From: Chiloscyllium plagiosum
Taxonomy: Eukaryota
Direction of reading: 5' to 3'
DNA length: 60,533 bases
NCBI RefSeq assembly: GCF_004010195.1
Contig: NC_057719.1
Location: forward strand, 22,064,437 to 22,124,969
How positions within the stretch are numbered: the stretch's first letter is position 1; every line of letters begins with the position of its first letter. The translations under genes and the position numbers were made by a program. Under the pieces are notes generated by a model. It searched no databases, was not told the origin of the DNA, and saw nothing but the letters and a program-made list of their open reading frames with translations. This document shows positions 9,870 through 22,261 of this stretch, piece after piece.

Positions 9870-12800
9870 CCCCTGACACCTCCAAAACTTTGATAACAAT
9901 CAACCAAACCATTCGCCCCCCAACCCAACCCAACTTGATCCAATCTCACCAGATTCAACGTAACTCACCTTCAATGTAATGCCTCAGTACCCAAGTACTT
10001 GTTCGTTTAGCTGGCATTGTACTTGCCTGGCATCCTAACCACCTCAACCATCTGGTACTTCACTCACTTGACACATTGTCCATTTTACCGAGCTAACACC
10101 CGACTCAGCTCAGCCACCCCCCCCCCCCCCCACCCCATCACTGTACTAACTTCATCTACCTGATACCCTAAATCCATAGACAAGTACTCTACGTTTTACT
10201 GCCACATTTATATTACATATTTACTCTTTCACATAAACTGTTACTGTGGTTGGTACTGCTGCATATTTAAAGCACAGAATAAGGCACAGTGCCTGACATA
10301 AAAGGGAGATCTTTGAAAGATGGTGTGATCTGAAGGAATGATGGTTGGCTGGAAGCCCCCATAACCGAGCAGCAAGTTGTTCCATGAATGGCGCATGGTA
10401 AGATGGGATATAAATAGGACTTGACTCTTGCTGCAAGGGCTCAATTGACAATGAAAGCAATAAGTTTGGGTAAGATACTGTGAGAAACCTCACTTGGCCT
10501 CTTGGCGAGATTCATTCCAAATAATTTGATACGATTCACACTTAGACAAAAAAAAATTCTGTCATAATATTTTGAATAGATGGAGAGTATTAAGCAAGTT
10601 AGGTTGATTCTCATTAAATCACACTAATATGTTTGTGTAAAGAAATGTGTTCTTGTTCGATAATTTTACCATTATAGGTTTGTCACATAAATAGAACTCC
10701 TTAGTTTTGGAAGAAATGATATTACATCTGTAGCTGTTTAATAATGTTGGATTAATGTACAGGAAGCCTGAGGAAACATCTTACTCTATTAATCAATGAT
10801 GAGTAGAGTTGTAGGACAAAGTTCCTGCAATTAGTGTTTGCCAAGCCAGTTTCTAAATTAGCATCCGTGAAACAGAAAATATGATGAAATTTATAAAATG
10901 ATTAAAGTGCTGACTTCCTGCTTTTCTCAACATCATTATAATTGAAAATATTTACAATAGAACATGTTTTAATCCTTGACTGAACTATAGCAACACTTAA
11001 CTAAAAGACAAATTATGCACAATGTTTTGCTGCTACAGCTGCCGACTGTATTCAATTAAAAATCATTGCTTGAACTAGTAAACATTTTTATTACACTCTA
11101 AGCGTAATAAACTTTGGCAAACAATACTTTAATGAAGAATAAACTATTAGAACTATAAAGCAGTACGAATGTCACTCAATCATTAAACTTTCATTAAAAA
11201 GCACTTCTTGTGCTTGTTGTTCCTAATCCTAACATCTTTCCTCTTTATACTCCCTTATGCAGCATCAATAATGCCAGAATTGCATTACATTGAAATCAAA
11301 TAATCTTAAATTGCTTATTTACTGTTGACCAGAGTTTGATCTAAAGCACTCCACAGCTTTCAATCACTCACTGGTGGAAGTGAAGAAATGTGTGTGACTA
11401 ATTATGTGAAACAAATTTATCTCCAGAGTTTTCTTGCCCACAGCAATTCAGACGTCAACGAGAGATTGTTTCAATCATTCATGTAGATACATTAGAATGC
11501 CTGGATCAACAGCGTGCTTGCAGTTGAGAATAGCAGTCAGCGTCAACATGAATGAGACTGCAGGCTGAGTTGTGAACCTCAGGTAACACCCCAGAGGCCA
11601 AGGGTTTTATCAATCATTCTATTATTCTCCTTAGTTGAAGTGTAGATATTAGCTTCAAAATGGCAGGTATAAGCAGGAATTACTGAATCTTCTGATATCA
11701 TTCCCAGGTGTGGGAGAGAGCTGTTATTTCTTGACATGCTGCATGTTTCAAATTCTCAAGAAAGCAATTAAGAAATTCAAAGTGGAATAAATTTTGCTCC
11801 GCAGTGCGATGTCTCTTCAGCTGCTTTCAAAACATCATGGGTAGTTCAAGTAAAAAATGTTATATTTGCTGGTTTTCCTTTATGCTTGTAGCTCATCAAA
11901 AATATTAGCCTGCCAATGTGATTGTGAATATTTTTTCTCTCATTCAGTATGTCAATGTGGGCTTTATCTAATCCAATGAGATGATCAAAGTTGATAATAA
12001 TGACAGATGAGTGCATGCAATTGATGCACTTGCAGAATGAATAGTTCAATAAAAAAAACAAAGTCGTCAGTTTTTGTTAGTTAGAACATTATAGTAGCAA
12101 TTTAAACTTCGTAAAATGGGTGATATTAAACTAGCCATTCATTATACATATCTAACTCTCCTTTGTATTAGGTTTCTGAAAGAGGAAATTTGGCACACTG
12201 TATAGTAGATAGCTAATTACACAATCTATGCTATCACTCAATATTATACCGATCCTTGTACTAATTGTCTCATTTCAGCAATATTCATGGTCGCACTAGA
12301 TATTACCAGTTGATTTGTATTTTAGCAATGCCTGAATAATAAGAAAACTTAGGGCAGAATTTTATAGGAGCTGGAATGACGTGGACTTTGCCGAGAAATA
12401 TGGGAAAATGATGTGAAGTCGAGCAATGCCGTTTTCAATGTCAGGAGCATCTCTTTGCATTTTCCAATTATGTTCCAGATGTTGAGATGGGATTCTTGCT
12501 AGAGAGTGGTGTGATGCCTATGAAACACAAATTATTGCTGTTATAACTCTCATTAACTGCAAATCTCACCTTTAATATACAGCTCCCTATCCTATTACCC
12601 TGCCCTGAGGAAATTAACATCATCAATTCCTGCCATGAAAGTCAAAAGGCTTTTCTAGGTTGCTGCTCATGATGGACAGTTGGCACCGACATCTCAGGGT
12701 ACGCCCATGGGCAGGAACTGCATAAGCCTCATGCAAATTGACTCTGAAATTCAACACATGCCAGTCTTACTGTGTCATCATGGCTTATTTCTGATTCCCT

Positions 12801-13544
12801 TACAATGAACTTCTGCACTGCAGGGCTGCAGCTCAGAGTGCACTGGCAACTATTATTGTAATGTTGCAGCAAGGACACAGTACACAGGAATACACCTTCA
12901 GCTCTTGGATTGAATTAAGCTGCATCTGAAAGCTGCTCACCTGCTTTTGTAGCGCACACTCACTTTGAGTGTACTGGATGCTCCCAGAATCCCTACCCTG
13001 CCTTGTCTTCCCCAATCTTTCTTTCATGATATGCCCCCTTGGTCAGAGCACCGAACCTACTGTCTTTCCAGTTAGTGCAGGCATGAAGGCAGGAAGCTTG
13101 TCATTTTCCTTAGAGGTCCTCAGACAGGTTCAGGGAGTCTTGGCACAGTGAATCAAGGGTAGCTTCCGATCCCAGTCCAGGGCCTTAGGTGCAGTCAGTC
13201 AGTAACTCAGAGTTAGACACTTCTCCTTCTCTGGTTTGAAGAGCAGGAAGATGGGCAGCCTATTACCTACCTTGGTTCTTCCTGCCTGATAGAGGCTGTG
13301 TTCTCCTGGAAAGTGAGTGACACAGCTGTTAGTGCTACTTCCAGCTGAAAGAGATCCCAGTTGAGTGAGTAGACTGTATGGAGGCATGCAAGATTCGGAA
13401 AGGAGACATTGAGTTAAATGAAAGTCACTTAGGGAAAATTTCAAATACAACAGTAGAATGAGAGCTACTAGGAGCTTCAGATTGGAATATCACTGAAAGA
13501 TACTGAAGCATAATCAATAAGTTTTCATTTTTAAAAAACTTATT

Positions 13545-14468
13545 GATTATGTGATTCTTAGAAATGACTTGGTAGAGGAAGTGGAAGGGTGGGTTAGTAA
13601 GTTTGCCGATGACACGAAGGTTGATGGAGTTGTGGATAGTGTGGACGGCTATTGAAGGTTGCAACAGGACATTGACAGGATGCAGAACTGGGCTGAGAAG
13701 TAGCAGATGGAGTTCAACTTGGAAAATGTGTGAAGTGATTCACTTTGGAAGGTCAAATTTGAATGCAGATTAAAAGGTTAAAGGCAGGATTCTTGGCAGT
13801 GTGGAGGAATGGAGAAATCTTGGGGTCTAAATCCATAGTTCCCTCAAAGTTGCCACAGAAGTTTACAGGATTGTTAAGAAGGCTTACCTTAGCAGGGGGA
13901 TTGAGTTGAAGAGCTGCAAGGTTATGCTGCAGCTCTACACAGCCCTGGTTAGACCACACCTGGAATACTGTGTTCAGTTCCAGTTGCCTCATTGTAGGAA
14001 AGCTTTAGAGAGGGTGCAGAGGAGACTTACCAGGATGCTACTTGGACTGGAGGGCATGTCTTATGAAGAAAGGTTGAGCGAGCCAGGGCTTTTCTCATTG
14101 GAGTGAAGAAGGATGAGAGGTGACTTGATAGAGGTGTGCAAGATGTTAAGGGGCATAGATAGAGTGGATAGCCAGAGACTTTTCCCCATGGCAAAAATGT
14201 CTATCATAAAGAGGTATAATTTTAAGGTGATTGCAGGAAGCTTCAGGGGAGATGTCAGAGGTAGATTGCTTACACAGGGAATGGTGGGTGTGTGGAATGC
14301 ACTGCCAGCTGTGGTAGTGGAGTCAGATCCATTAGAGACATTTAAGCAACTCTTGGATAGTCATGTGGAAGATAGTACAATAAAGGGTATGTGGTTAGTC
14401 TGATTTAAGAGTGGGATGAAAGGCCGACACAACATCAAGGGCTGCAGGGCCTGTACTGTTCTATGTTT
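13545..14468 (+). mobile_element. CR1 LINE, RT (FADD) to 3' end, frameshifted
   Basis: VSKFADDTK.., LYTALVRPHLEYCVQF, ALERVQRRLTRML, RGDLIEV..GIDRVDSQRLFP; tail CTGTACTGTTCTATGTT. Confidence 0.95.
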
Positions 14469-15120
14469 AATAATAAGTTGAAATGATAACAGTTTAAAGG
14501 AACATAATGATATTTTATAGATAGAGAAGCTTGAGAACATAGGGGTGTTCAGGATATAATGGAAAGTGCAGCAGAGGTTAGGAAAGTAGTAGTTGATGGC
14601 ATGAGGAATCAGGGAAGGTTTTATGGTTGTTATGATGATAAAATGGAAGAACATGTTTTTGTGTCATGAGGACAGACTCAAATCTTGCCTTGACATTTGG
14701 TGCAGATAAATGATTTATCATGACTTCAAGCTAATCTTTGGTGGGAAATCTATCTTTCTTTTGCTATTCTCCACTGAAAGACCTGCAGTTTCCAGCATTT
14801 TCTGTTCCTATTCACAAAGCTTTCAGAATTGTTGGCTCATTTCAATAGTTTATAAGGTCTTTGCTTTTATTATTAACATATAAGCAGATATAGGAGCAGT
14901 AGCTTTACACAAAGAACCCTTCCAGTTCTTCATTTGGTAGTTCTGCCTCACCCCTCCCCAAACTCCCCTATTGTTTCAGGAGATTTTAACATCTGCACAC
15001 CATCTAATATCTTGGCCTAGAATTTCTTTTGATCTCAGGAAAACATATCCTGAGCAGTTTTGCCCTGTTCTGAAATCATAGCTGGCCTATGTGTGGCTTT
15101 GCCAGGACTTCTGTCTTTTA

Positions 15121-15470
15121 TAGAATCATATAGAGTCATCAAGTTGTACAGCATGGAAACAGATCCTTTGATCCATGCTGACTCGATATCCTAAATTAAC
15201 CTATTTCATTTGCCAGCACTTGGCTCACATCCCTCTAAACCCTTCCTAATCATATATCCATCCAGATGCCTTTTAAATGCTGTAATTGTACCAGCCTCCA
15301 TCACTTCCTCTGGCAGCTCATTCCATACATTCACCAGGCTCTGCGTGAAAAAGTAGTCCCTTAGGTCCCTTTTAAATCTTCCCCCCTCTCACCTTAATCC
15401 TATGCCCTCTTGTTTTGGATTTTCCTACCCTGGGGAAAAGACCATGGCAATTCCACCTATCCATGCCAGA
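15121..15470 (-). mobile_element. CR1 3' end fragment
   Basis: TAGAATCATATAGAGTCAT tail repeat. The body is similar to 38560-38900 and 43975-44200. Confidence 0.9.
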
Positions 15471-15944
15471 AGTCATTATCATGATAGGTGGCTTTTTTTT
15501 AATGACCAGTCTACCACATGTACATCATAATCTGCCTGATTGTGTCCTAACCAGAGACTGCTATTGTTATAGCTTTGAGTCAATGTTATTGGATGGCAAT
15601 GTGAATCCTGTCTACCTGACTGTCGGCCTGTCAACCGTAATGATGTCCTCACAGTCATCTCATCTGAGCAGTCAGTTCACCAGAGATCAGTCATTAATTC
15701 TGAGAGCCACCAGAATTCACATGTTAAGTACAAACAATGTCAAGTTGGTTAATATGCTCCAATGATGGCAGGTTCACCCTGAAAAAATGTACATATCTTG
15801 GTATTACCTCTGATTGCACGGACATATCATGGCAATGGCCAGAACAAGATTGGGGCTTGGACATGCTGGGTGCTGGCTAAGGTCTTCCACATAGTAGTAG
15901 TCACAGAGTATTGGAGAGTTGGTCAGGCCAAATGAGAATTAGAC

Positions 15945-16266
15945 TTTGCTTTTAAAGAAATGCATCATGGTATCTTTTAGATCAATTTGTTCATAGCCTC
16001 AGTTGAACAGCTCATGCACAAAGACTGTATGTCCCTCAGTATTACACCGAACTGCAAGCCTTGATTCTATGCCAGATTCTGACTTGGTGTTAAGCTTGAC
16101 TCTGTAATCACACAAACAGAAATTTCTGGAAAAACTCGGCAGATCTGGCAGCAGCTGTACAGAGAAAGCAAAGTTAATGTTTCTGATCCAGTGACTCTTC
16201 TTCAGAACTCAAGGACATTTTTGAACCTATAGTCTTTTGGCTCAAAAGAAAGTGCTGCTGAATTAG
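15945..16266 (-). mobile_element. Decayed DeuSINE-like (SacSINE1-like) tRNA-derived SINE, interrupted by a PLE fragment
   Basis: The reverse complement shows a tRNA-like head (AGCACTTTC..TGAGCCA..GGTTCAA), then GTAATACTGAGGGA..GAGCTGTTCAACTGAGGC..AAAAGATACCATG, resembling the Deu domain as I recall it. Confidence 0.5.
16106..16210 (-). mobile_element. PLE 3' tail fragment (family B) beginning at a hammerhead motif (16172-16209)
   Basis: Minus strand reads AGTT-CTGAAGA-A-GAGTC-actg-GATCA-GAAA-CATT-AACT, then ..CTGCCAGATCTGCCGAGTTTTTCCAG, as in 46520-46590. Confidence 0.75.
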
Positions 16267-17334
16267 AAATAGTAGTAAACAAACAAAACATGGTCAAAAA
16301 GTGCCCCTTACATTTTTACCTTCTGCTTATGCTAGAGTGACCAAAGTTAGGAAATCACTCTAACATTATTTTCTTCAAATGCTTTGATGTACCAAAACTG
16401 TTATGTAATATTTCTGCAATAATATTTATTTAAAAATAATAAAAATTGTAGGGCTCTAGCAACAATGTAACACAAATGAAAAAAAAATGCATAAAACATA
16501 GGAATGGCACAAGTCCAGTCATCCGATGATGTGTTGCTTCGCTTTCATTATTCATAGACTGTTTTACTAAATGGACCAAATAATGCAGTTTTAATGTAAT
16601 CTTCTGAACTGAGAGTAATGCAATTTTTATTGATAGTGCAGTCTGAACTGCCTGCACTTTGTATGACGATGAAAATTATATCTTAGAATTGCTGTACTTT
16701 CTAAAGTACATTCCCTTTCATTTAAACATTGCCATTTGAGACAATGTTTATCACATTAATGGTTTCTTTAGATTACTGCCTGATAAATTGTCCATGGATC
16801 ATGCAATTTTTTCTAATTACATTTAAAAACGTTGAAATGTCACATAATCATCTGAACTAGAATTACATATTGATATACAAAGAACATAGTTACTGGCTTA
16901 CATTTGAAAAGAGAATTCTAGGGTTTTATAAACACTGGTTTTCAGGTCGATCATTAGCTAACATCAAGGAATGAAATTATTAATATGGGAAGCAATTCTC
17001 TGCACAACTTATAAAACAGCGCTCCAAGGGCACAAACTTCTCAGTCACCAAATGGTATGGGCTACGGCGAGAAAGTTGGGAAAATCACATGGGATGGTCT
17101 GCAAGTAGTTTCTGAATTTTGAGAGCAAAATAAACTATTTTCCAACAAGTATTGAACAGCAAGACAAGATTGTCCATAGTGGCAAAAGACTTTTTTTTAG
17201 GCATTAATATCTAATTCCACTTCATGAAAAGGCACTGTCCCATTCTCCTACATACTCAATTGATGGCAATAATTACCAACAAGAAAGTCAGGCCAGGTAC
17301 ATGGTGATTCCAACTCACTGCTTGATCCTCTAAA

Positions 17335-17460
17335 AATGTCGCTAAGTTAATAATCCAATGACCTGGCTCATGTCCTGGCGACATGGTTTGAACCCTGCAA
17401 TGGCAGATTGATATTTGAATTCACAAGATCTGGAATTATAAGCTAGTCTCTAATGATGTC
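17335..17460 (+). mobile_element. 5' part of a further tRNA-derived SINE family
   Basis: AATGTC..TAATCCA..GACATGGTTTGAACCCTGC..TGGCAGAT..TTTGAATTCA..TCTGGAATT. A related copy lies on the minus strand at 27600-27715. Confidence 0.55.
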
Positions 17461-18099
17461 TGTAGTGGAATCTTATAGGGGTCTGAGCGATTTGGGTGAT
17501 ACAAGACGTGGCAGAATCAGGTAATGCCGGTTTCGATATTGGGAACAAGTTATTCTCCCTTTTATGCTTTTCACAAGTGCTGTTGCAAATTTCTCATGAG
17601 GCAGCAGCAAGCTGCCAATTGATGATAATTATTGTTTGTTAACTTACTCATTAATCTTCAGACTGCCATCTTACCAAACTTACTATATAAAATCTAAATC
17701 TAATCTAAAAGTCTAAACATTAACTCAACATTGGAATAGCTCAAGGAAACCAGAGCAAGAGCCGGGTCAATTCAGCTCGCCATTTGTTCCGAACAACTTT
17801 AGAAACAAGGTATTGATGTCTCAGGGCACACTTCAGAGGCAACATCCATGAACATTGGCATCCAACGTGTACCAGCTAAGAACCTTCAAGGCTTATCTCT
17901 GATCCGTTTATGGATGCTTCTGCATGTCAGTGGTGCACCTCGAACCACACCAGCAACTATTATAATAATCTTGTGGCAAGAATATTTTCCACTCAGGGAC
18001 ACACTGCATCTCCAGGCTCTTAGCTAGCTCTCAATGCACTCACTCAGTTTGAGCCAGTTGGATGCTTTGCTTTGTCTTGCCTTTATGACTCTGCTCGAG

Positions 18100-19267
18100 A
18101 TAGAACATAGAGAACATAGAACAATACAGCACAGAACAGGCCCTTCGGCCCACGATGTTGTGCCGAACATTTGTCCTAGCTTAAGCACCTATCCATGTAC
18201 CTATCCAATTGCCACTTAAAGTTCGTCAATGATTCTGACTCTGCCACTCCCACAGGCAGCGCATTCCATGCCCCCACCACTCTCTGGGTAAAGAACCCAC
18301 CCCTGACATCTCCCCTATACCTTCCACCCTTCACCGTAAATTTATGTCCCCTTGTAACANNNNNNNNNNNNNNNNNNNNNNNNNNNNNNNNNNNNNNNNN
18401 NNNNNNNNNNNNNNNNNNNNNNNNNNNNNNNNNNNNNNNNNNNNNNNNNNNNNNNNNNNNNNNNNNNNNNNNNNNNNNNNNNNNNNNNNNNNNNNNNNNN
18501 NNNNNNNNNNNNNNNNNNNNNNNNNNNNNNNNNNNNNNNNNNNNNNNNNNNNNNNNNNNNNNNNNNNNNNNNNNNNNNNNNNNNNNNNNNNNNNNNNNNN
18601 NNNNNNNNNNNNNNNNNNNNNNNNNNNNNNNNNNNNNNNNNNNNNNNNNNNNNNNNNNNNNNNNNNNNNNNNNNNNNNNNNNNNNNNNNNNNNNNNNNNN
18701 NNNNNNNNNNNNNNNNNNNNNNNNNNNNNNNNNNNNNNNNNNNNNNNNNNNNNNNNNNNNNNNNNNNNNNNNNNNNNNNNNNNNNNNNNNNNNNNNNNNN
18801 NNNNNNNNNNNNNNNNNNNNNNNNNNNNNNNNNNNNNNNNNNNNNNNNNNNNNNNNNNNNNNNNNNNNNNNNNNNNNNNNNNNNNNNNNNNNNNNNNNNN
18901 NNNNNNNNNNNNNNNNNNNNNNNNNNNNNNNNNNNNNNNNNNNNNNNNNNNNNNNNNNNNNNNNNNNNNNNNNNNNNNNNNNNNNNNNNNNNNNNNNNNN
19001 NNNNNNNNNNNNNNNNNNNNNNNNNNNNNNNNNNNNNNNNNNNNNNNNNNNNNNNNNNNNNNNNNNNNNNNNNNNNNNNNNNNNNNNNNNNNNNNNNNNN
19101 NNNNNNNNNNNNNNNNNNNNNNNNNNNNNNNATCCTATCCGTCAGTACCCTTTCCATTACTTTGCCTCCCACCGAAGTAAGACTAACTGGCCTGTAAATC
19201 CCGGGGTTATCCCTATTCCTTTTTTTGAACAGGGGCACAACATTCGCCACTCTCCAGTCCCCTGGTA
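18100..19267 (-). mobile_element. Young CR1 LINE spanning an assembly gap
   Basis: (AGAACAT)n tail at ~18100. 18116-18359 is closely similar to the reverse complement of 30100-30345. The island 19132-19267 encodes VANVVPLFKKRNRDNPGIYRPVSLTSVGGKVMERV. Confidence 0.9.
18360..19131. other. Assembly gap (772 N)
   Basis: Run of N. Confidence 0.99.
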
Positions 19268-19767
19268 NNNNNNNNNNNNNNNNNNNNNNNNNNNNNNNNN
19301 NNNNNNNNNNNNNNNNNNNNNNNNNNNNNNNNNNNNNNNNNNNNNNNNNNNNNNNNNNNNNNNNNNNNNNNNNNNNNNNNNNNNNNNNNNNNNNNNNNNN
19401 NNNNNNNNNNNNNNNNNNNNNNNNNNNNNNNNNNNNNNNNNNNNNNNNNNNNNNNNNNNNNNNNNNNNNNNNNNNNNNNNNNNNNNNNNNNNNNNNNNNN
19501 NNNNNNNNNNNNNNNNNNNNNNNNNNNNNNNNNNNNNNNNNNNNNNNNNNNNNNNNNNNNNNNNNNNNNNNNNNNNNNNNNNNNNNNNNNNNNNNNNNNN
19601 NNNNNNNNNNNNNNNNNNNNNNNNNNNNNNNNNNNNNNNNNNNNNNNNNNNNNNNNNNNNNNNNNNNNNNNNNNNNNNNNNNNNNNNNNNNNNNNNNNNN
19701 NNNNNNNNNNNNNNNNNNNNNNNNNNNNNNNNNNNNNNNNNNNNNNNNNNNNNNNNNNNNNNNNNNN
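19268..19767. other. Assembly gap (500 N, probably a fixed-size placeholder)
   Basis: Run of N with a round length. Confidence 0.95.
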
Positions 19768-20029
19768 TCTATGTTCTATGTTCTATCTCTGTTTTACTCC
19801 ATGACCTGGCCTCCACTGCTTTCTGTGGCAATGAATTCCACAGAATCACCATGCTCTGGATAAGGACAGTACCAGATTGCCAATACTTGTGTGGACGCAC
19901 AACAGGTTTGAAAGATGGGGCGGGTACAAGGAATGCTGATGAATTCTGGGATATCCATGGAGTGATGAATCGTTCTGAGAGTAGTCCATGGTAAGACAAA
20001 GTGGAAATCGGATGTGAAATTTGCCATGG

Positions 20030-20340
20030 GGGTGTGGTAGCTGAGTTTAGTAAGATAATGTGAGAAGACTCACTAGGTCACATGGCAACAAACTCCAACA
20101 TAAATCGACAAAATTTGGACTTAGCCAAAAAAAACGTTTGATTCAGCTGTGTGCAACCATTGTTGATTATTGTAGAAACCCATGTGGTTCATTTTGGGTA
20201 GGAAAGCCACTATTTTTCCCTGGGCTGACCTACATGTGACTGCAGACCCACAGCAAAGTGATTTACTTTTAACAGCCCACTGAAATGGCCTGGAGTGAGA
20301 AATTGTTCAAGGACAATTGGAGATGGACAATGCAAAAATA
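20030..20340 (+). mobile_element. Decayed SINE with CR1/L2-type 3' end
   Basis: AACCATTGTTGATT..AAACCCATGTGGTTCA..CCTACATGTGACTGCAGACCCACAGCAA..CTGAAATGGCC. The 3' end matches the reverse complement of 49168-49270. Confidence 0.6.
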
Positions 20341-20934
20341 TAAAAAAAGCACTTTCCAAATTCCAATGTTGTGAACATTAGGCAGAAGTTGCTCACTTCA
20401 CACTTTGGACCTTAAAACATCATGTTATGATAAGGATAAGATGGACAGGCATTCGCTCACAGATTTGATGGTGTAAAGTGAACAGATGTTAGTCATTGGT
20501 CTTCTTCCTACACTTCTGGGCATTTTTTCAGGCCATTGGGACTGGCATCCTCAGACTGGCTGGCAGTGTCTGATGTCATGGCCTCCTCTGCCAGCCCTCA
20601 GGGAAGAAGATGCCCCTCCTCTGTGCTATCCAGTACACCCGTACTTTCAGGTGTCTGCCCACAAAGTGTGACACTAATTTCCCCTTATCCACAATGTATA
20701 GGGCAGGTTAAATTGAACTGGGCAGTACAGCTCTGAAATGTCAGGACGTGACTGGGTGCTTTTGAAATGGTACCGGTCCCAGGAATTCTGGGATATCCCA
20801 GCAGTGGCAAGAACTTCTGCTGACAGTGAGTAGGAAAGTACAATGGATAGGGTGCTAGAGGGGCGTGGTGCACAGGTAATGAGGTGAGTTTGAGTTCAAT
20901 GGCATGAAAAACCCACTCGGCCTTGCGAAAAGAA

Positions 20935-21216
20935 ACCACAGAATCCTTACAGTGCAGAAATAGGCCATTCAACCCATTCAATCTGACCTGACTCTCCAAA
21001 GAAAATCCCATCCAATCCTCCCTACCCTATTTTGTAAGCCACATTTACCATGGCCAATCCACATAACATACACGTCTTTGACTGAAAAGAAACTGGAGCA
21101 TCCAGAGGAAACCTGCATAAAGTGAGAATGTGAAAATCCTACACAGCCAGTCACCCGAGGCTGGAGTCAAACCCTGGCATTGTGAGGCAGCAGTACTAAC
21201 TGCTGAGACATTGTGA
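20935..21216 (-). mobile_element. HE1-type V-SINE, older copy
   Basis: Aligns with the reverse complement of 9566-9869 (TGTGAGGCAGCAGTACTAAC head, GGAGCATCCAGAGGAAACC core). Confidence 0.85.
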
Positions 21217-22261
21217 TACACTTTATGACATTTCCTGGTTAGATTCAGCCCAGTACACTGTTTTTATTGAATCATTCCATTCTTGGATCTACCTCCCTCA
21301 CCACTTTAAAAAAAAGTCTCTCAATCACTTGGAACAATTATTAATTGCTTTTCAAAGTAGCACTTAGGGTATGCCTATCAATTAACCTAAATCTGAAGTT
21401 TGAGTATTTACCAGTTATCATTGCCCTGACTGAATCTTTGAACCACACTGAAATAATGGTAAACATGGAGAAATAATTGTTGTGGTCATTAGTCTACAAT
21501 TGCTTATATCAGCTTACTAAGGGGAACTGAATTGCTAGCACAAATGTGTTATCATTGAAATACCAAGATACTTAAATGGGTCATTACAATGTGCTTTGGA
21601 CAATGAATAAGAAGCAGATAAATTAGAGAGCAAAAGTGCTATAAATGAGAAAAAATGTTGTTGCCATTTAGACTGAAAAACCATTAATCTACCAAGCATA
21701 CCTTGTGTAAGTAAGTATTTTAGTGTGTTCATTTTGTTAATTTGCTCTTATGCAGAATCTCTTATTCAAAATTGTACACTTGCAGAGTTTAAATTGGGCC
21801 AACAGATGTCTAGCCGCATACACTTGTCATTCACTTAAACAGAAACGTTTATGATATAGTAGCAGACATCAGATTAATTAAAATTAACATAGAATGCAGA
21901 ATTCCTTTTGTGTATTTTTTCTGAGATATTCCATGTAGGACTTATGGAAATAAATTATTTGATTTCATGCTGATGCTTTGTTATCTCAAATAGTAGGACT
22001 TTAAATTGTTCTGGATCTGGGGACTGTAATCTGAAGTCCTGATTTGATAGTTTACTACGTGTTATTGGTCACCCAATACAAACATATTTATCAGTTGAAA
22101 CATCTTACAGCCCTCAAAGAAATAATATAATTTGGGATATTACACCTAGAAATGCTGGATTTGCAGGGTTTGTTAAAATTATAGCATGGTAAAGGCCTTT
22201 TGTTATTGCTGCTCAGGCCATGTGAAGCACAGGAAGTCATGACAAATCAGATTGCAGTAAT

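Noticed and set aside
9890..10170. C-rich quasi-repeat and poly-C tract as a telomere-like or structured element
   Set aside because: No consistent period; low-complexity sequence.
12353..13450. Ancient DNA-transposon relic beginning GGGCAGAATTTT (similar hints at 17463-17697, 20690-20930, 37570-37960)
   Set aside because: I could not establish matching terminal inverted repeats, TSDs or transposase motifs.
14760..14812. Further very old PLE tail remnants (also ~34995-35050)
   Set aside because: Too short and diverged to support.
18195..19994. 599-aa and other long ORFs in the track
   Set aside because: Artefacts of translating N runs.
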